Positions 22,218 through 30,532 of a stretch of DNA of 32,000 nt are shown in pieces (the first letter of the stretch is position 1; every line of letters starts with the position of its first letter). The notes beneath the pieces were generated by a model, which was not told where the DNA came from, made no database searches, and saw only the letters and a list, made by a program, of their open reading frames with translations. Source of the DNA: Acaryochloris thomasi RCC1774 (lineage in GTDB: Bacteria > Cyanobacteriota > Cyanobacteriia > Thermosynechococcales > Thermosynechococcaceae); NCBI RefSeq assembly GCF_003231495.1, contig NZ_PQWO01000010.1:150001-182000 (forward strand), in the 5' to 3' direction. The translations under genes were made by a program, and so were the position numbers.

Positions 22218-22805
22218 ATGACCACTGTTGCCCTTTTCAATCTCTTCACGCCTATGTCCCTTTCTCTTGAACCACCAGAAATTCTGCAGCAAAAGCTTTT
22301 TTGCAATGCCCGCAAGTTTTCGTTTGAGATTAATCATTTGAGGCTTCCCAATGGCTCAACGGGAGATTGGGCCTGTGTTCGACATCCGGGGGGAGCGATG
22401 GCGGTGCCGGTGCTAGAAGACGGCAGGTTTGTCTTGGTGAAACAGTATCGTTTTGCCCTGCAGGGCCGCTTGCTAGAATTCCCGGCGGGTACCGTGGAGA
22501 TCGAGGAAGAACCCTTTGTGACAATCCAGCGCGAGATTCAGGAGGAAACGGGGTATAAGGCCCACCGCTGGCAGCCACTGGCGGAGTTCCCGCTGGCACC
22601 GGGCTATTCTGATGAGATTATCTATGCCTACTTGGCGCAGGATCTAGAGCGGTTAGAGACGCCACCCGCCCAAGATGAAGATGAGGATATTGAGACCGTC
22701 TTGATGACGGCGGACGAACTGGAAACGGCCATTCGGAGCGGTGAATCTATCGATGCAAAAACGATCTGTACGTTTTTTATGGCTCGCTCGCTGCTAAAGC
22801 TTTAG
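22218..22805 (+). CDS. Nudix hydrolase (ADP-ribose pyrophosphatase-like)
   Basis: It has the Nudix box GTVEIEEEPFVTIQREIQEETGY (Gx5Ex7REUxEExGU), preceded by LVKQYRFALQGRLLEFPAG, which is typical of ADPRase-type Nudix proteins. An alternative start is the ATG at 22254. Confidence 0.8.
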   Translation: MTTVALFNLFTPMSLSLEPPEILQQKLFCNARKFSFEINHLRLPNGSTGDWACVRHPGGAMAVPVLEDGRFVLVKQYRFALQGRLLEFPAGTVEIEEEPFVTIQREIQEETGYKAHRWQPLAEFPLAPGYSDEIIYAYLAQDLERLETPPAQDEDEDIETVLMTADELETAIRSGESIDAKTICTFFMARSLLKL

Positions 22806-23481
22806 CCAGATCGCGCGTGAGCTGCTCCAGCACCTGCAGTCCTTTCAAGGATCCGCGAATCAGTCGGATTGCCCCTGCCGGTTGACGGAGCATGCCAACG
22901 GCCATCGGCAAGGGTTGGAGCTTCCCTTCGGGACTGATGGCAGAGGAAAGGTCGGGCAAGTCATGATGGAGGTCGTCGCTGACCACTCGCAGCATGGCGA
23001 CGGGAATATTATGCTGCTGCAGCACGTCTAAGGCAGCAAAGCCTTCCATATCGACAACATCGGCCCGATAGTGGTCGGCTAAAGCCTGTTTTTCCTGGGA
23101 CTGATGGATGATGCGATCGCAAGTCAAAGCCACCCCTTCCGTAGCGACTAGGCCATCTTTCAAACGCATCGTCCAGAGATGATCGCAAGGCAATCGGCGT
23201 ACATCCGTTGCCCGACCATCTAGACAGGCTTGATAAATTACGGGAGCACCCACCCCCAGATCAGAACGGAGACTACCGCAGAGCCCCATCATTAGGACGG
23301 CCGCCCCCGGAGAAGAAGCCCACGGATCAGTCCTGCACCAGTCCTGCAAAAAAGCCGCTACCGGCCCCGGCCCCACCGGGAGCGCAACCGGCTCTGGACA
23401 AAGCACAGCCCCTCGTAGTCCCCTGCAGACTGCCTGATACTCAGCCCCTTGCGGAACTAAAAACCTGGATTGCATCGTCAT
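22777..23481 (-). CDS. Phosphorylase-superfamily (PNP_UDP_1) nucleosidase-like protein, possibly HpnG-like
   Basis: The C-terminal half, ADVVDMEGFAALDVLQQHNIPVAMLRVVSDD, is the nucleoside phosphorylase / MTA-nucleosidase signature. The gene is divergent from the squalene synthase gene. The HpnG assignment rests only on this context. Confidence 0.65.
   Translation of the reverse strand: MTMQSRFLVPQGAEYQAVCRGLRGAVLCPEPVALPVGPGPVAAFLQDWCRTDPWASSPGAAVLMMGLCGSLRSDLGVGAPVIYQACLDGRATDVRRLPCDHLWTMRLKDGLVATEGVALTCDRIIHQSQEKQALADHYRADVVDMEGFAALDVLQQHNIPVAMLRVVSDDLHHDLPDLSSAISPEGKLQPLPMAVGMLRQPAGAIRLIRGSLKGLQVLEQLTRDLAKALAASEP
23113..23120. repeat. HIP1 octamer GCGATCGC
   Basis: Exact match read from the sequence. 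Confidence 0.95.
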
Positions 23482-23607
23482 GCACTAAGACCCCTCGCAT
23501 GGTTACGAGTGCCAGCGGCAGAGACAGCCCCAAGGCAGGCTAAAGTCAGCAGACGTGGACGGACCTGTGCTATCTTCCCTGGATATAGTAATAAATACCG
23601 ACGAGCA

Positions 23608-23629
23608 TTCATTCTGATCTGAGAATGAA
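23608..23629. promoter_or_regulatory. Perfect 8-bp inverted repeat (candidate operator) in the divergent sqs / phosphorylase-family intergenic region
   Basis: ttcattct (23608-23615), gatctg, agaatgaa (23622-23629). It lies 22-43 nt upstream of a TATATT box (23651-23656) on the sqs side. Confidence 0.3.
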
Positions 23630-23719
23630 CGAGATGGACTGTACTCAAGGTATATTTCATTAACCGTTGTGGTTGGGTGTGATTATTTTAATTTTGGTTT
23701 AAAGCGGGAGTGAACGGTT

Positions 23720-24790
23720 ATGTTACAGATAGCACAGGAATTATCGATCGATCAGAAGCAGGTCGAGAAGTTTTGCCAAGAAATTTTGCCTCAGGTGTCC
23801 CGCACCTTTGCAATCAGCATCCGATTCTTACCCGGCAATCTCGGGCGCTCTGTTCTTTGTGGCTACCTACTTTGCCGCATTGCCGACACCATTGAAGACG
23901 ACCCGGTTGCCACAGTTGAGACCAAAATTCGTCTCCTTGACTGTTTCCTCAACTGCTTTGAGGATCCCAGCGTTGCCAACGCCTTCCCACAATCCATTGA
24001 GCATTTAGAGGGGGAAGCAGCTCATCTATTGTTAGTGGAGCACACTGATTTAGTCTTTGCCCTCTACCGCAGTTTGACAGAGCAATCCCAGCAAACCCTC
24101 CGTCACTGGGTCACCGAGATGGTGCAGGGAATGCAGAAATTTGTCCATCGCTATCCTCAGGGGATTCGGATCAAGACCTTAGAGGAATATCAAGAGTACT
24201 GCTATTACGTGGCGGGCGTGGTCGGCTATTTGCTCACGGACCTTTGGTACGAGCATTCCCCCAGCGTCGATTTTGAGATCTATCACGTACTGCGGCAAAC
24301 CTGCGCGGCCTTTGGTGAAGGTCTACAAACGGTCAACATCTTGAAAGACATTGCCTGGGATGCTGAACATGAGAACTCTATCTATGTGCCCCAGCAGTCT
24401 CTAGAGGCCCACGGCAGCAGTCAAGAGCTGCTACTCAGTCCTGATCATCTTCACCAGAATCACGCGGCGATTAAGTCCTTGGTAGAACTCGCTTGGAAGG
24501 ACTTGGACAAGGCGGCAGAATATCTGCTGTCAGTACCTCGATCTGCGATTCCGATTCGGTTGTTCTGCATCTTGCCTTTGGTGTTCGCCTACGGGACGCT
24601 GCGAGATATCACGAAGTCTACGGCGATGCTGGTTTCTGGCGGCAACGTCAAGATCTCACGATCTGAGGTGAAGTCTTTGATCATGGTGGGTCCGATTGCA
24701 GCCGTTAGTAATGGTCTGATCCGCTGGCTCATTGATCAGGTGAAACAGCAGCCTTTCCTGTGGGGTTCCAAGCCACAAGACGTGGGTTGA
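23720..24790 (+). CDS. sqs: Squalene synthase (farnesyl-diphosphate farnesyltransferase; squalene/phytoene synthase family)
   Basis: VSRTFAISIRFLP...VLCGYLLCRIADTIEDD gives the first Asp-rich motif. YCYYVAGVVGYLL and LQTVNILKDIAWDAE match the second conserved region of SQS-type enzymes. The product is 356 aa. Confidence 0.8.
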   Translation: MLQIAQELSIDQKQVEKFCQEILPQVSRTFAISIRFLPGNLGRSVLCGYLLCRIADTIEDDPVATVETKIRLLDCFLNCFEDPSVANAFPQSIEHLEGEAAHLLLVEHTDLVFALYRSLTEQSQQTLRHWVTEMVQGMQKFVHRYPQGIRIKTLEEYQEYCYYVAGVVGYLLTDLWYEHSPSVDFEIYHVLRQTCAAFGEGLQTVNILKDIAWDAEHENSIYVPQQSLEAHGSSQELLLSPDHLHQNHAAIKSLVELAWKDLDKAAEYLLSVPRSAIPIRLFCILPLVFAYGTLRDITKSTAMLVSGGNVKISRSEVKSLIMVGPIAAVSNGLIRWLIDQVKQQPFLWGSKPQDVG

Positions 24791-24866
24791 TGCCCTCTCC
24801 TTTGCCTCCTGTGGAGCACTTGAACCGAGTTCGGTAGAATAGCAGGTAAGCGTACGGCTGAATGAT

Positions 24867-25427
24867 ATGGTTACCAACTCGATTCGCTGGACAGTGCGAG
24901 ATTTGGGCGCGATGCCTGATGATGGGGGCTGGAAGCGTTACGAAATCATTGATGGAGCATTAATTGTGACCCGCGCCCCTCACTTTCGTCACCAAAGGGC
25001 CGGTGGAAATATTCACGTTGAGTTAGCAAACTGGTCTCGCAGAACTGGACTCGGTGAGGCATGTGAAGCGCCAGGAGTTATCTTCACTGAAATGGATGCC
25101 GTGATCCCAGATGTGGTGTGGGCCAGTCACGATTGCCTAGAAAAAGGAATGGACAATGCGGGCCATTTTGTTGTTGCGCCAGAGCTGATTGTAGAGATTC
25201 TTGCTGCGGGTGAAGTAAATGAGCAAAGAGATCGTGAGGTCAAGCTGAAGCTGTACTCACTCCATGGGGTGCAGGAGTATTGGGTGGTTAACTGGCGGCT
25301 GAACAATATTGAAGTGTACCGGCGGCGAGAGATGCAGCTCCAGAAAGTAGCCACGCTGCTGCAAGAAGATAGATTGACTTCGCCTCTACTGCCAGGACTT
25401 GAATGTGAAGTTGCAACCGTTTTTTGA
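24867..25427 (+). CDS. Uma2-family (DUF820) putative endonuclease
   Basis: YEIIDGALIVTRAPHFRHQRAGGNIHVELANW...VIPDVVWAS...APELIVEILAAGEVNEQRDREVKLKLYSLHGVQEYWVVN is the PD-(D/E)xK-like Uma2 pattern that is abundant in cyanobacteria. Confidence 0.8.
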   Translation: MVTNSIRWTVRDLGAMPDDGGWKRYEIIDGALIVTRAPHFRHQRAGGNIHVELANWSRRTGLGEACEAPGVIFTEMDAVIPDVVWASHDCLEKGMDNAGHFVVAPELIVEILAAGEVNEQRDREVKLKLYSLHGVQEYWVVNWRLNNIEVYRRREMQLQKVATLLQEDRLTSPLLPGLECEVATVF

Positions 25428-25517
25428 TGGTTTGCGCTGGATGGGTGTGTCTCAACACCAAGATTGGTGAAAAGTATTGGTATCTTAGATGGATATCTTT
25501 TAAAGTCATCATCCTGC

Positions 25518-26672
25518 ATGAGTAATAAACCTGCCCAACGCCCGCAATCTCCTAACTTCTCTTCTGGTCCTTGCTCTAAGCACCCCGGCTGGTCCGTGCA
25601 GTCTCTCGGTAATGCGCTGGTGGGCCGGTCTCACCGCTCCAAGCCAGGGAAAGCCCGTATCAAAGAAGTCATCGACGGCACCAAAAAGATTTTAGGCATC
25701 CCCGATGATTACCTTTGTGGCATCGTCCCTGCCTCCGATACCGGTGCTGTGGAACTAGCGATGTGGTCACTCCTAGGTGAGCGAGGTTTGGATATCTTGG
25801 CCTGGGAAAGCTTTGGTAAGGGCTGGGTTACTGATGTACAAAAGCAGCTCAAGCTGTCAGATTGTCGGGCAATGGAAGCTGACTATGGACATTTACCTGA
25901 TTTATCGCAGGTGGATTGCGATCGCGACGTTGTTTTCACCTGGAACGGCACGACTTCCGGCGTCAAAGTTCCTAACGGCGACTGGATCCCTGACAATCGC
26001 CAAGGGTTAACCATTGCTGACGCCACCTCTGCCACCTTTGCCATGCAGATGCCCTGGTCCAAGCTTGATGTGGTCACCTGGTCCTGGCAAAAAGTGATGG
26101 GGGGCGAAGCGGCTCATGGAATGCTAGTGTTGAGCCCTCGCGCCGTCGAACGTCTAGAAAGCTATACGCCCGCTTGGCCGCTGCCCAAGATTTTCCGGCT
26201 CACCAAGGGCGGCAAGCTGATTAAGGGGATTTTTGAAGGGGCGACCATCAATACACCGTCGATGATTTGTGTTGAGGATGCTCTAGATGGTTTGAAATGG
26301 GCTGAGAGCTTGGGTGGGCTGACCGCTTTGATCAAAAGATCAGAAGCGAATTTAGATGCGATCGCAACCTGGGTTAACCAAACCCCTTGGGCAGATTTCC
26401 TGGCCGTCGAACCCGCCACCCGCTCCAACACCTCAATCTGCTTAAAAATTGTAGATCCTTGGTACACCGCTCTACCTGCAGAGGAGCAGGCCCAAAAAGC
26501 CAAACAGATGGCAGCACTCCTAGATACCGAAGGCGTCGCCTACGACATCGCCTCCTATCGAGATGCCCCACCCGGACTCCGCATTTGGGGTGGGGCAACT
26601 GTCGAGGCTGCCGACATTCAAGCTCTGCTGCCTTGGTTAGACTGGGCCTTCGCGGAGATCAAAGAGGGATAG
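25518..26672 (+). CDS. serC: Phosphoserine aminotransferase (SerC, short 'type 2' form)
   Basis: From the ATG at 25518 the protein reads [25 protein letters not shown]...[10 protein letters not shown]...[18 protein letters not shown]...[11 protein letters not shown] (PLP Lys)...INTPSM. The track start at 25464 adds 18 unlikely residues. Confidence 0.85.
   Translation: MSNKPAQRPQSPNFSSGPCSKHPGWSVQSLGNALVGRSHRSKPGKARIKEVIDGTKKILGIPDDYLCGIVPASDTGAVELAMWSLLGERGLDILAWESFGKGWVTDVQKQLKLSDCRAMEADYGHLPDLSQVDCDRDVVFTWNGTTSGVKVPNGDWIPDNRQGLTIADATSATFAMQMPWSKLDVVTWSWQKVMGGEAAHGMLVLSPRAVERLESYTPAWPLPKIFRLTKGGKLIKGIFEGATINTPSMICVEDALDGLKWAESLGGLTALIKRSEANLDAIATWVNQTPWADFLAVEPATRSNTSICLKIVDPWYTALPAEEQAQKAKQMAALLDTEGVAYDIASYRDAPPGLRIWGGATVEAADIQALLPWLDWAFAEIKEG
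25918..25925. repeat. HIP1 octamer GCGATCGC
   Basis: Exact match read from the sequence. Confidence 0.95.
26358..26365. repeat. HIP1 octamer GCGATCGC
   Basis: Exact match read from the sequence. Confidence 0.95.
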
Positions 26673-26710
26673 ACTTCTTGTAAAGTAAAACAAGAATGGA
26701 GCGCGATTAA

Positions 26711-27067
26711 ATGTCAGATGCGATGAATGTGTTGGGCAGTAAACTTGAAAGCTGCTGCACGTCTCCAATGACTGGTTTTTATCGTGACGGGCTTTGCCGC
26801 ACGGGGGGCGGTGACTTTGGGGCCCATGTCGTCTGTGCTCAGATGACAGATGACTTTCTCGCCTTTACAAAGGCAAAAGGCAATGATCTCAGCACACCAT
26901 CTTCTTATTTTCCAGGGCTAAAGCCTGGAGATTGCTGGTGTCTGTGTGCCTCTCGCTGGCAAGAAGCGATGGTTGCAGGCGTCGCCCCGCCTGTGGTGTT
27001 GACGGCAACTCATGCCAGTGCCTTAGAATATGTGTCGATAGATGATCTGCAGCAGCACGCCCTCTAG
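26711..27067 (+). CDS. DUF2237-family protein
   Basis: NVLGSKLESCCTSPMTGFYRDGLCRTG...GAHVVCAQMTDDFLAFTKAKGNDLSTP...PGLKPGDCWCLCASRWQEA...APPVVLTATH is the characteristic conserved-Cys pattern of DUF2237. Confidence 0.8.
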   Translation: MSDAMNVLGSKLESCCTSPMTGFYRDGLCRTGGGDFGAHVVCAQMTDDFLAFTKAKGNDLSTPSSYFPGLKPGDCWCLCASRWQEAMVAGVAPPVVLTATHASALEYVSIDDLQQHAL

Positions 27068-27077
27068 GAACAACCCA

Positions 27078-28451
27078 ATGGCTAAAAATACACCCCCTAC
27101 CTTTAATTTGCTCAGTATTGGTCACCGGGGAGTCGGTAAAACCGTTTTCTTGGCTGGTAGCTACGCCGAACTACAGTCCGGGCGGCAGGTGGAATCAAAA
27201 GATATTTGGTTTGAAGGGGCTAACGATCAGGCCCAGACGACCCTTGAAAAGCTGTTGGGTTACATGGCCCAAACAGGCCAATATCCACCCGCCACCATGA
27301 AGGTGACAGACTTTACCTTCACAGCCAAGGCACATGAGGGCCGTAAAGCTAAAACCCTCTGTGAATTTCGCTGGGCCGATATCCCGGGCGAAATTTGTCA
27401 TCTCGACAATCCTAACTTTGAGTCCATGCTGCTCAAATCCCACGGCTGCTGCGTGTTTATTGACGCAGGCGCTCTGGTACAAGACCCTCAGTACTTAGCG
27501 CAGCTAGAAGATACCGTTAAGCAGGTGGAAACAATTTCTTCCTTAGCCGCTCAGAGTGGCCTTCAGTATATCTTCGCCCTGATTTTGACCAAGTGCGATC
27601 TACTTGATGCGGGGCCAGCCAAGCTGATCAAAATTGAGCAAAAGTTGCGATCGCTCACCACTCGCCTAGATGAAGCTAACACCATTTACCGTCGTTTCTA
27701 TTCTTCAATCTCGATTATTCCAGCCGGTGGTACCTCAGTCGTCAAAGCAGAAGGTGCCTCGGTCCCCATTCTGTGGCTGGTCTCAGAACTGAGCAAGGTC
27801 TATCAGGCTCAAACACCCAAGAATTTGGGCAGCGGCTTTGAAAAAACGCTCTCAAATGCCCAACCAGAACCCAGCTATGCCAACAATATTTCAAGTCCTG
27901 GCCTGACTTCTAACCGTCAGACCGGCATTTTGCCCAAAGTTCTCGCCGGAGTTGCAGCGGTCGGAGTTGTCGGGGGACTCCTCTTCGGGCTGAGCAAACT
28001 ACTGCCCAATAGTAGTTCAGTGATCGCGGGTAGCAGTTCTGAAATCGGTGCGCAATATGAGAAAGCGCTGAGGGAAAATCCAGAAGATACGGAGGCACTG
28101 GCAAAGCTTGTTGAGCTACACCAAGAGCAAGAGCAATATGAACCAGCGATAGGCTACCTAGAACAGCTCATTGCTCTCAAGCCTGATGATATGAATCTCT
28201 ACTTTCAGAAAGCCGGTCTGTACGCGATCATGGGTCGCAAAGACAAAGAGGAGGCATCCTATGACGAGATTTTAGCGAGGCAGGGAAATAACGTCATGGC
28301 TTTAACAAATAAAGCGATTCTGCGCAGTACGCAAGGCGATTTGGATACAGCAAAGACCTTGTTCGCGAAGGCAGAAGCATCCGTCCCTGAAGGGGAACTT
28401 AAACAGACAATTCAGGACGTCGCTAAAGATTGGTTAGAGGGTACGGAATAG
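27078..28451 (+). CDS. Ras-like (TRAFAC) GTPase domain, single TM helix and C-terminal TPR repeats
   Basis: The start is the ATG at 27078, 10 nt after the DUF2237 stop. GTPase motifs are G1 GHRGVGKT (27120-27143), G3 DIPG (27378-27389) and G4 TKCD (27588-27599). The hydrophobic helix is VLAGVAAVGVVGGLLFGL (~27939-27995). TPR-like repeats follow (ALRENPEDTEALAKLVELHQEQEQYEPAIGYLEQLIALKPDD...). The track start at 27042 overlaps DUF2237. Confidence 0.8.
   Translation: MAKNTPPTFNLLSIGHRGVGKTVFLAGSYAELQSGRQVESKDIWFEGANDQAQTTLEKLLGYMAQTGQYPPATMKVTDFTFTAKAHEGRKAKTLCEFRWADIPGEICHLDNPNFESMLLKSHGCCVFIDAGALVQDPQYLAQLEDTVKQVETISSLAAQSGLQYIFALILTKCDLLDAGPAKLIKIEQKLRSLTTRLDEANTIYRRFYSSISIIPAGGTSVVKAEGASVPILWLVSELSKVYQAQTPKNLGSGFEKTLSNAQPEPSYANNISSPGLTSNRQTGILPKVLAGVAAVGVVGGLLFGLSKLLPNSSSVIAGSSSEIGAQYEKALRENPEDTEALAKLVELHQEQEQYEPAIGYLEQLIALKPDDMNLYFQKAGLYAIMGRKDKEEASYDEILARQGNNVMALTNKAILRSTQGDLDTAKTLFAKAEASVPEGELKQTIQDVAKDWLEGTE
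27647..27654. repeat. HIP1 octamer GCGATCGC
   Basis: Exact match read from the sequence. Confidence 0.95.
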
Positions 28452-28633
28452 TCCAGGCCAGCAGAGTCTCTAACAAAGTCAAGGAGAGAATAGTCACCGC
28501 CCAGGACCGAAAGGATTCATAATAAAGGCAGTGCTTCCGCGGGGGTTAGGAAACACTAACTTAAAATTTTGGCAACTCAAGTCTAGCCGCACGGATCTAC
28601 CCGTAGGGGGGTGACCGTTATTGATAGGAACCT

Positions 28634-29446
28634 ATGTCGTTAGTCGTCGGCCAGATTGTCTACTCCAGCTTCCCTCGGATTGGCTATCAAATCTTCGCCA
28701 ACGCTGAGATGCCAGAGTCTGTGCAGTCTGCATTCGTTGAAGATATTGTTCATAAACATTGGGATGTCTATGAGCCACCACCGCCAGGATATCGGGCAGG
28801 CTTTATTCATCAAGCTCATCCTGACCACACGTTGTTTGGTTGGCTCTTCAATGATGGGGACGACGATCATGGCCGTCCCCATACGCCCTACTGCTTGAGC
28901 TACCACCTCAATCAACCCCTCGAATCTGACATCGCCAATTTTATTGTTCAGTGCCTGCAGAAAGGGCCAGTCGCACTCATCCCAAGACACATCATCCCTG
29001 AACAGCCTGGGCAACTTGAAATTACGAGTGACTATGAACCGGCGGGCCTTGGCGTCACATTTACAGCAGTGCAGCAGCAGCAAATCCAAGAACAGCTTCA
29101 GCACCCATCACTACTGCAGTGTTTCTTGGCTGATAGCGGTGTACCAACCCTCATAAATGAACCCATAACAAAGGCTGTAGAAGATGAATTCATCGAGCCT
29201 CAGGTATGGCACCAGCCACTGATTCACCCAGATTTGGCGGCTCCCGCTCCTGCACAATCAGTAGCTACAGCCTCAGGTCAACGGACGTTGCCCACCTTGA
29301 CGACATCTCAGCAGAAAGGAGACCTGGCCACTCTTTCTGCTGGTCCTCCTTCGGGGAACCCTCCTGGGCAGCGGGCTGTGACGCGCAAGCCCCCATCAGA
29401 GGACTTAGCCCGTCAGATTATCTCGATCTTAGACGAAACGCTTTAA
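28634..29446 (+). CDS. Unknown-function protein with a compact N-terminal alpha/beta domain (longin/roadblock-like by eye) and a Gln/Pro-rich disordered tail
   Basis: The 270-aa ORF starts with ATG, 182 nt downstream of the GTPase-TPR gene on the same strand. The N-terminal ~125 aa are non-repetitive (GQIVYSSFPRIGYQIFANA...TLFGWLFNDGDDDHGRPHTPYCLSYHL...). Then come QQQQIQEQLQ and a Pro/Ala/Ser-rich region. Confidence 0.7.
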   Translation: MSLVVGQIVYSSFPRIGYQIFANAEMPESVQSAFVEDIVHKHWDVYEPPPPGYRAGFIHQAHPDHTLFGWLFNDGDDDHGRPHTPYCLSYHLNQPLESDIANFIVQCLQKGPVALIPRHIIPEQPGQLEITSDYEPAGLGVTFTAVQQQQIQEQLQHPSLLQCFLADSGVPTLINEPITKAVEDEFIEPQVWHQPLIHPDLAAPAPAQSVATASGQRTLPTLTTSQQKGDLATLSAGPPSGNPPGQRAVTRKPPSEDLARQIISILDETL

Positions 29447-29514
29447 AGACTCAGGACTGGCGAGTCATGCTGCAGTTCTATCGCTTTTGGGAAGCTCCGA
29501 GAAGGCGATCACGT

Positions 29515-30369
29515 TTAAGGCTGACGATTGACCACGGAAAAGAGGGCCGAATAATCATCATCTGCATGCTGCTCCATCGCCTGCTGGAGGAGGTCTTGAA
29601 CCGCGGCGACCATCCCTGTCTGCAAATCTGCCGATGACGCCAAGAACAGGTTGAGGTCTTTGAATAAATGCTTGGCAGGAAAATTTGGATTGTCGTAGTT
29701 TTGACTTTCCATACGCGGCAGTTTCTTATCGAACGTGGGCGCGTATAGAGCACTCGTTCGCAAAATCTCCATCAGCATCTCTGATTCAACGCCGTGGTGC
29801 TGCGTGAAACTGAGGCTGAGGGCAAAGGCCGTGGTCAAGGAGCCAATCAGCTGATTAAGAGCTAGCTTAAGGGCAGCAGCTGTTCCCACAGGGCCAATCA
29901 GGCGAGGCTGAGTCCCCACACAGCTCAAGATCGGTAGCCAGCGCTGGAACTGTGCCAGTTCAGCCCCTACCATCACGATTAGCTCGCCGGTCTTAGCTTC
30001 TGGGATGCTTCCTAGCACGGGAGCTTCTAGGTAATCACCTCCGGCTTCAACAACGGCGTCTCGAATGTTTTGACTCTCGGCCGGTGCAATTGTCCCCATC
30101 TGGAGAATGGTGTGCCCAGGCAAGGCAGCTTGAGCGGCGTCTGTGAGGATCAGCTCATGAATGGCAGCGGCATCGGTCAGCATTAAGATAGTGCAGTCAG
30201 CAGCCGTAATCACCTCTGCAGGTGACGCAGCAAGGTTGGCCCCTGCAGCCTGGAGTGGAGGCAGTTTATCTGGCGTTCGGTTATAGACCGTCAGGACATG
30301 ATGATTAGCCAAGAGTCGAGTCGCCATCGGTAGCCCCATGAGTCCAGTACCGATCAAACCGATCTGCAT
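29515..30369 (-). CDS. NAD(P)-dependent beta-hydroxyacid dehydrogenase (3-hydroxyisobutyrate / 6-phosphogluconate dehydrogenase-like family)
   Basis: It has the N-terminal Rossmann motif MQIGLIGTGLMGLPMATRLL and the mid-domain GTAAALKLALNQL, typical of HIBADH-type enzymes. The product is 284 aa. Confidence 0.85.
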   Translation of the reverse strand: MQIGLIGTGLMGLPMATRLLANHHVLTVYNRTPDKLPPLQAAGANLAASPAEVITAADCTILMLTDAAAIHELILTDAAQAALPGHTILQMGTIAPAESQNIRDAVVEAGGDYLEAPVLGSIPEAKTGELIVMVGAELAQFQRWLPILSCVGTQPRLIGPVGTAAALKLALNQLIGSLTTAFALSLSFTQHHGVESEMLMEILRTSALYAPTFDKKLPRMESQNYDNPNFPAKHLFKDLNLFLASSADLQTGMVAAVQDLLQQAMEQHADDDYSALFSVVNRQP

Positions 30370-30532
30370 TTTCGTTCTCCGTCCGTCTGTTTTAGAGTCC
30401 TATGCTATCTCGTCGTGCCGTTCTGGCCTGATTTCAGACGGCTTTACGCAATCCGTGTTTAAACGGTAGCGTGGTAGCCTGAAGTCTTTCAAGCATTGAG
30501 AGACTCCAGCCCCTACGAATGAGGCTTCGCCC

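Noticed and set aside
23478-23660. 60-aa minus-strand ORF whose TGA overlaps the ATG of the phosphorylase-family gene (ATGA junction)
   Set aside because: The ATGA overlap hints at translational coupling. However, the product is Arg/Leu-rich and looks non-protein-like, there is no SD, and the ORF spans the putative regulatory inverted repeat. It is more likely a 5'UTR.
25127-25519. Minus-strand ORFs antisense to the Uma2 gene (25127..25519, 25288..25512)
   Set aside because: The Uma2 homology on the plus strand is strong. The antisense products are Ser-rich and featureless.
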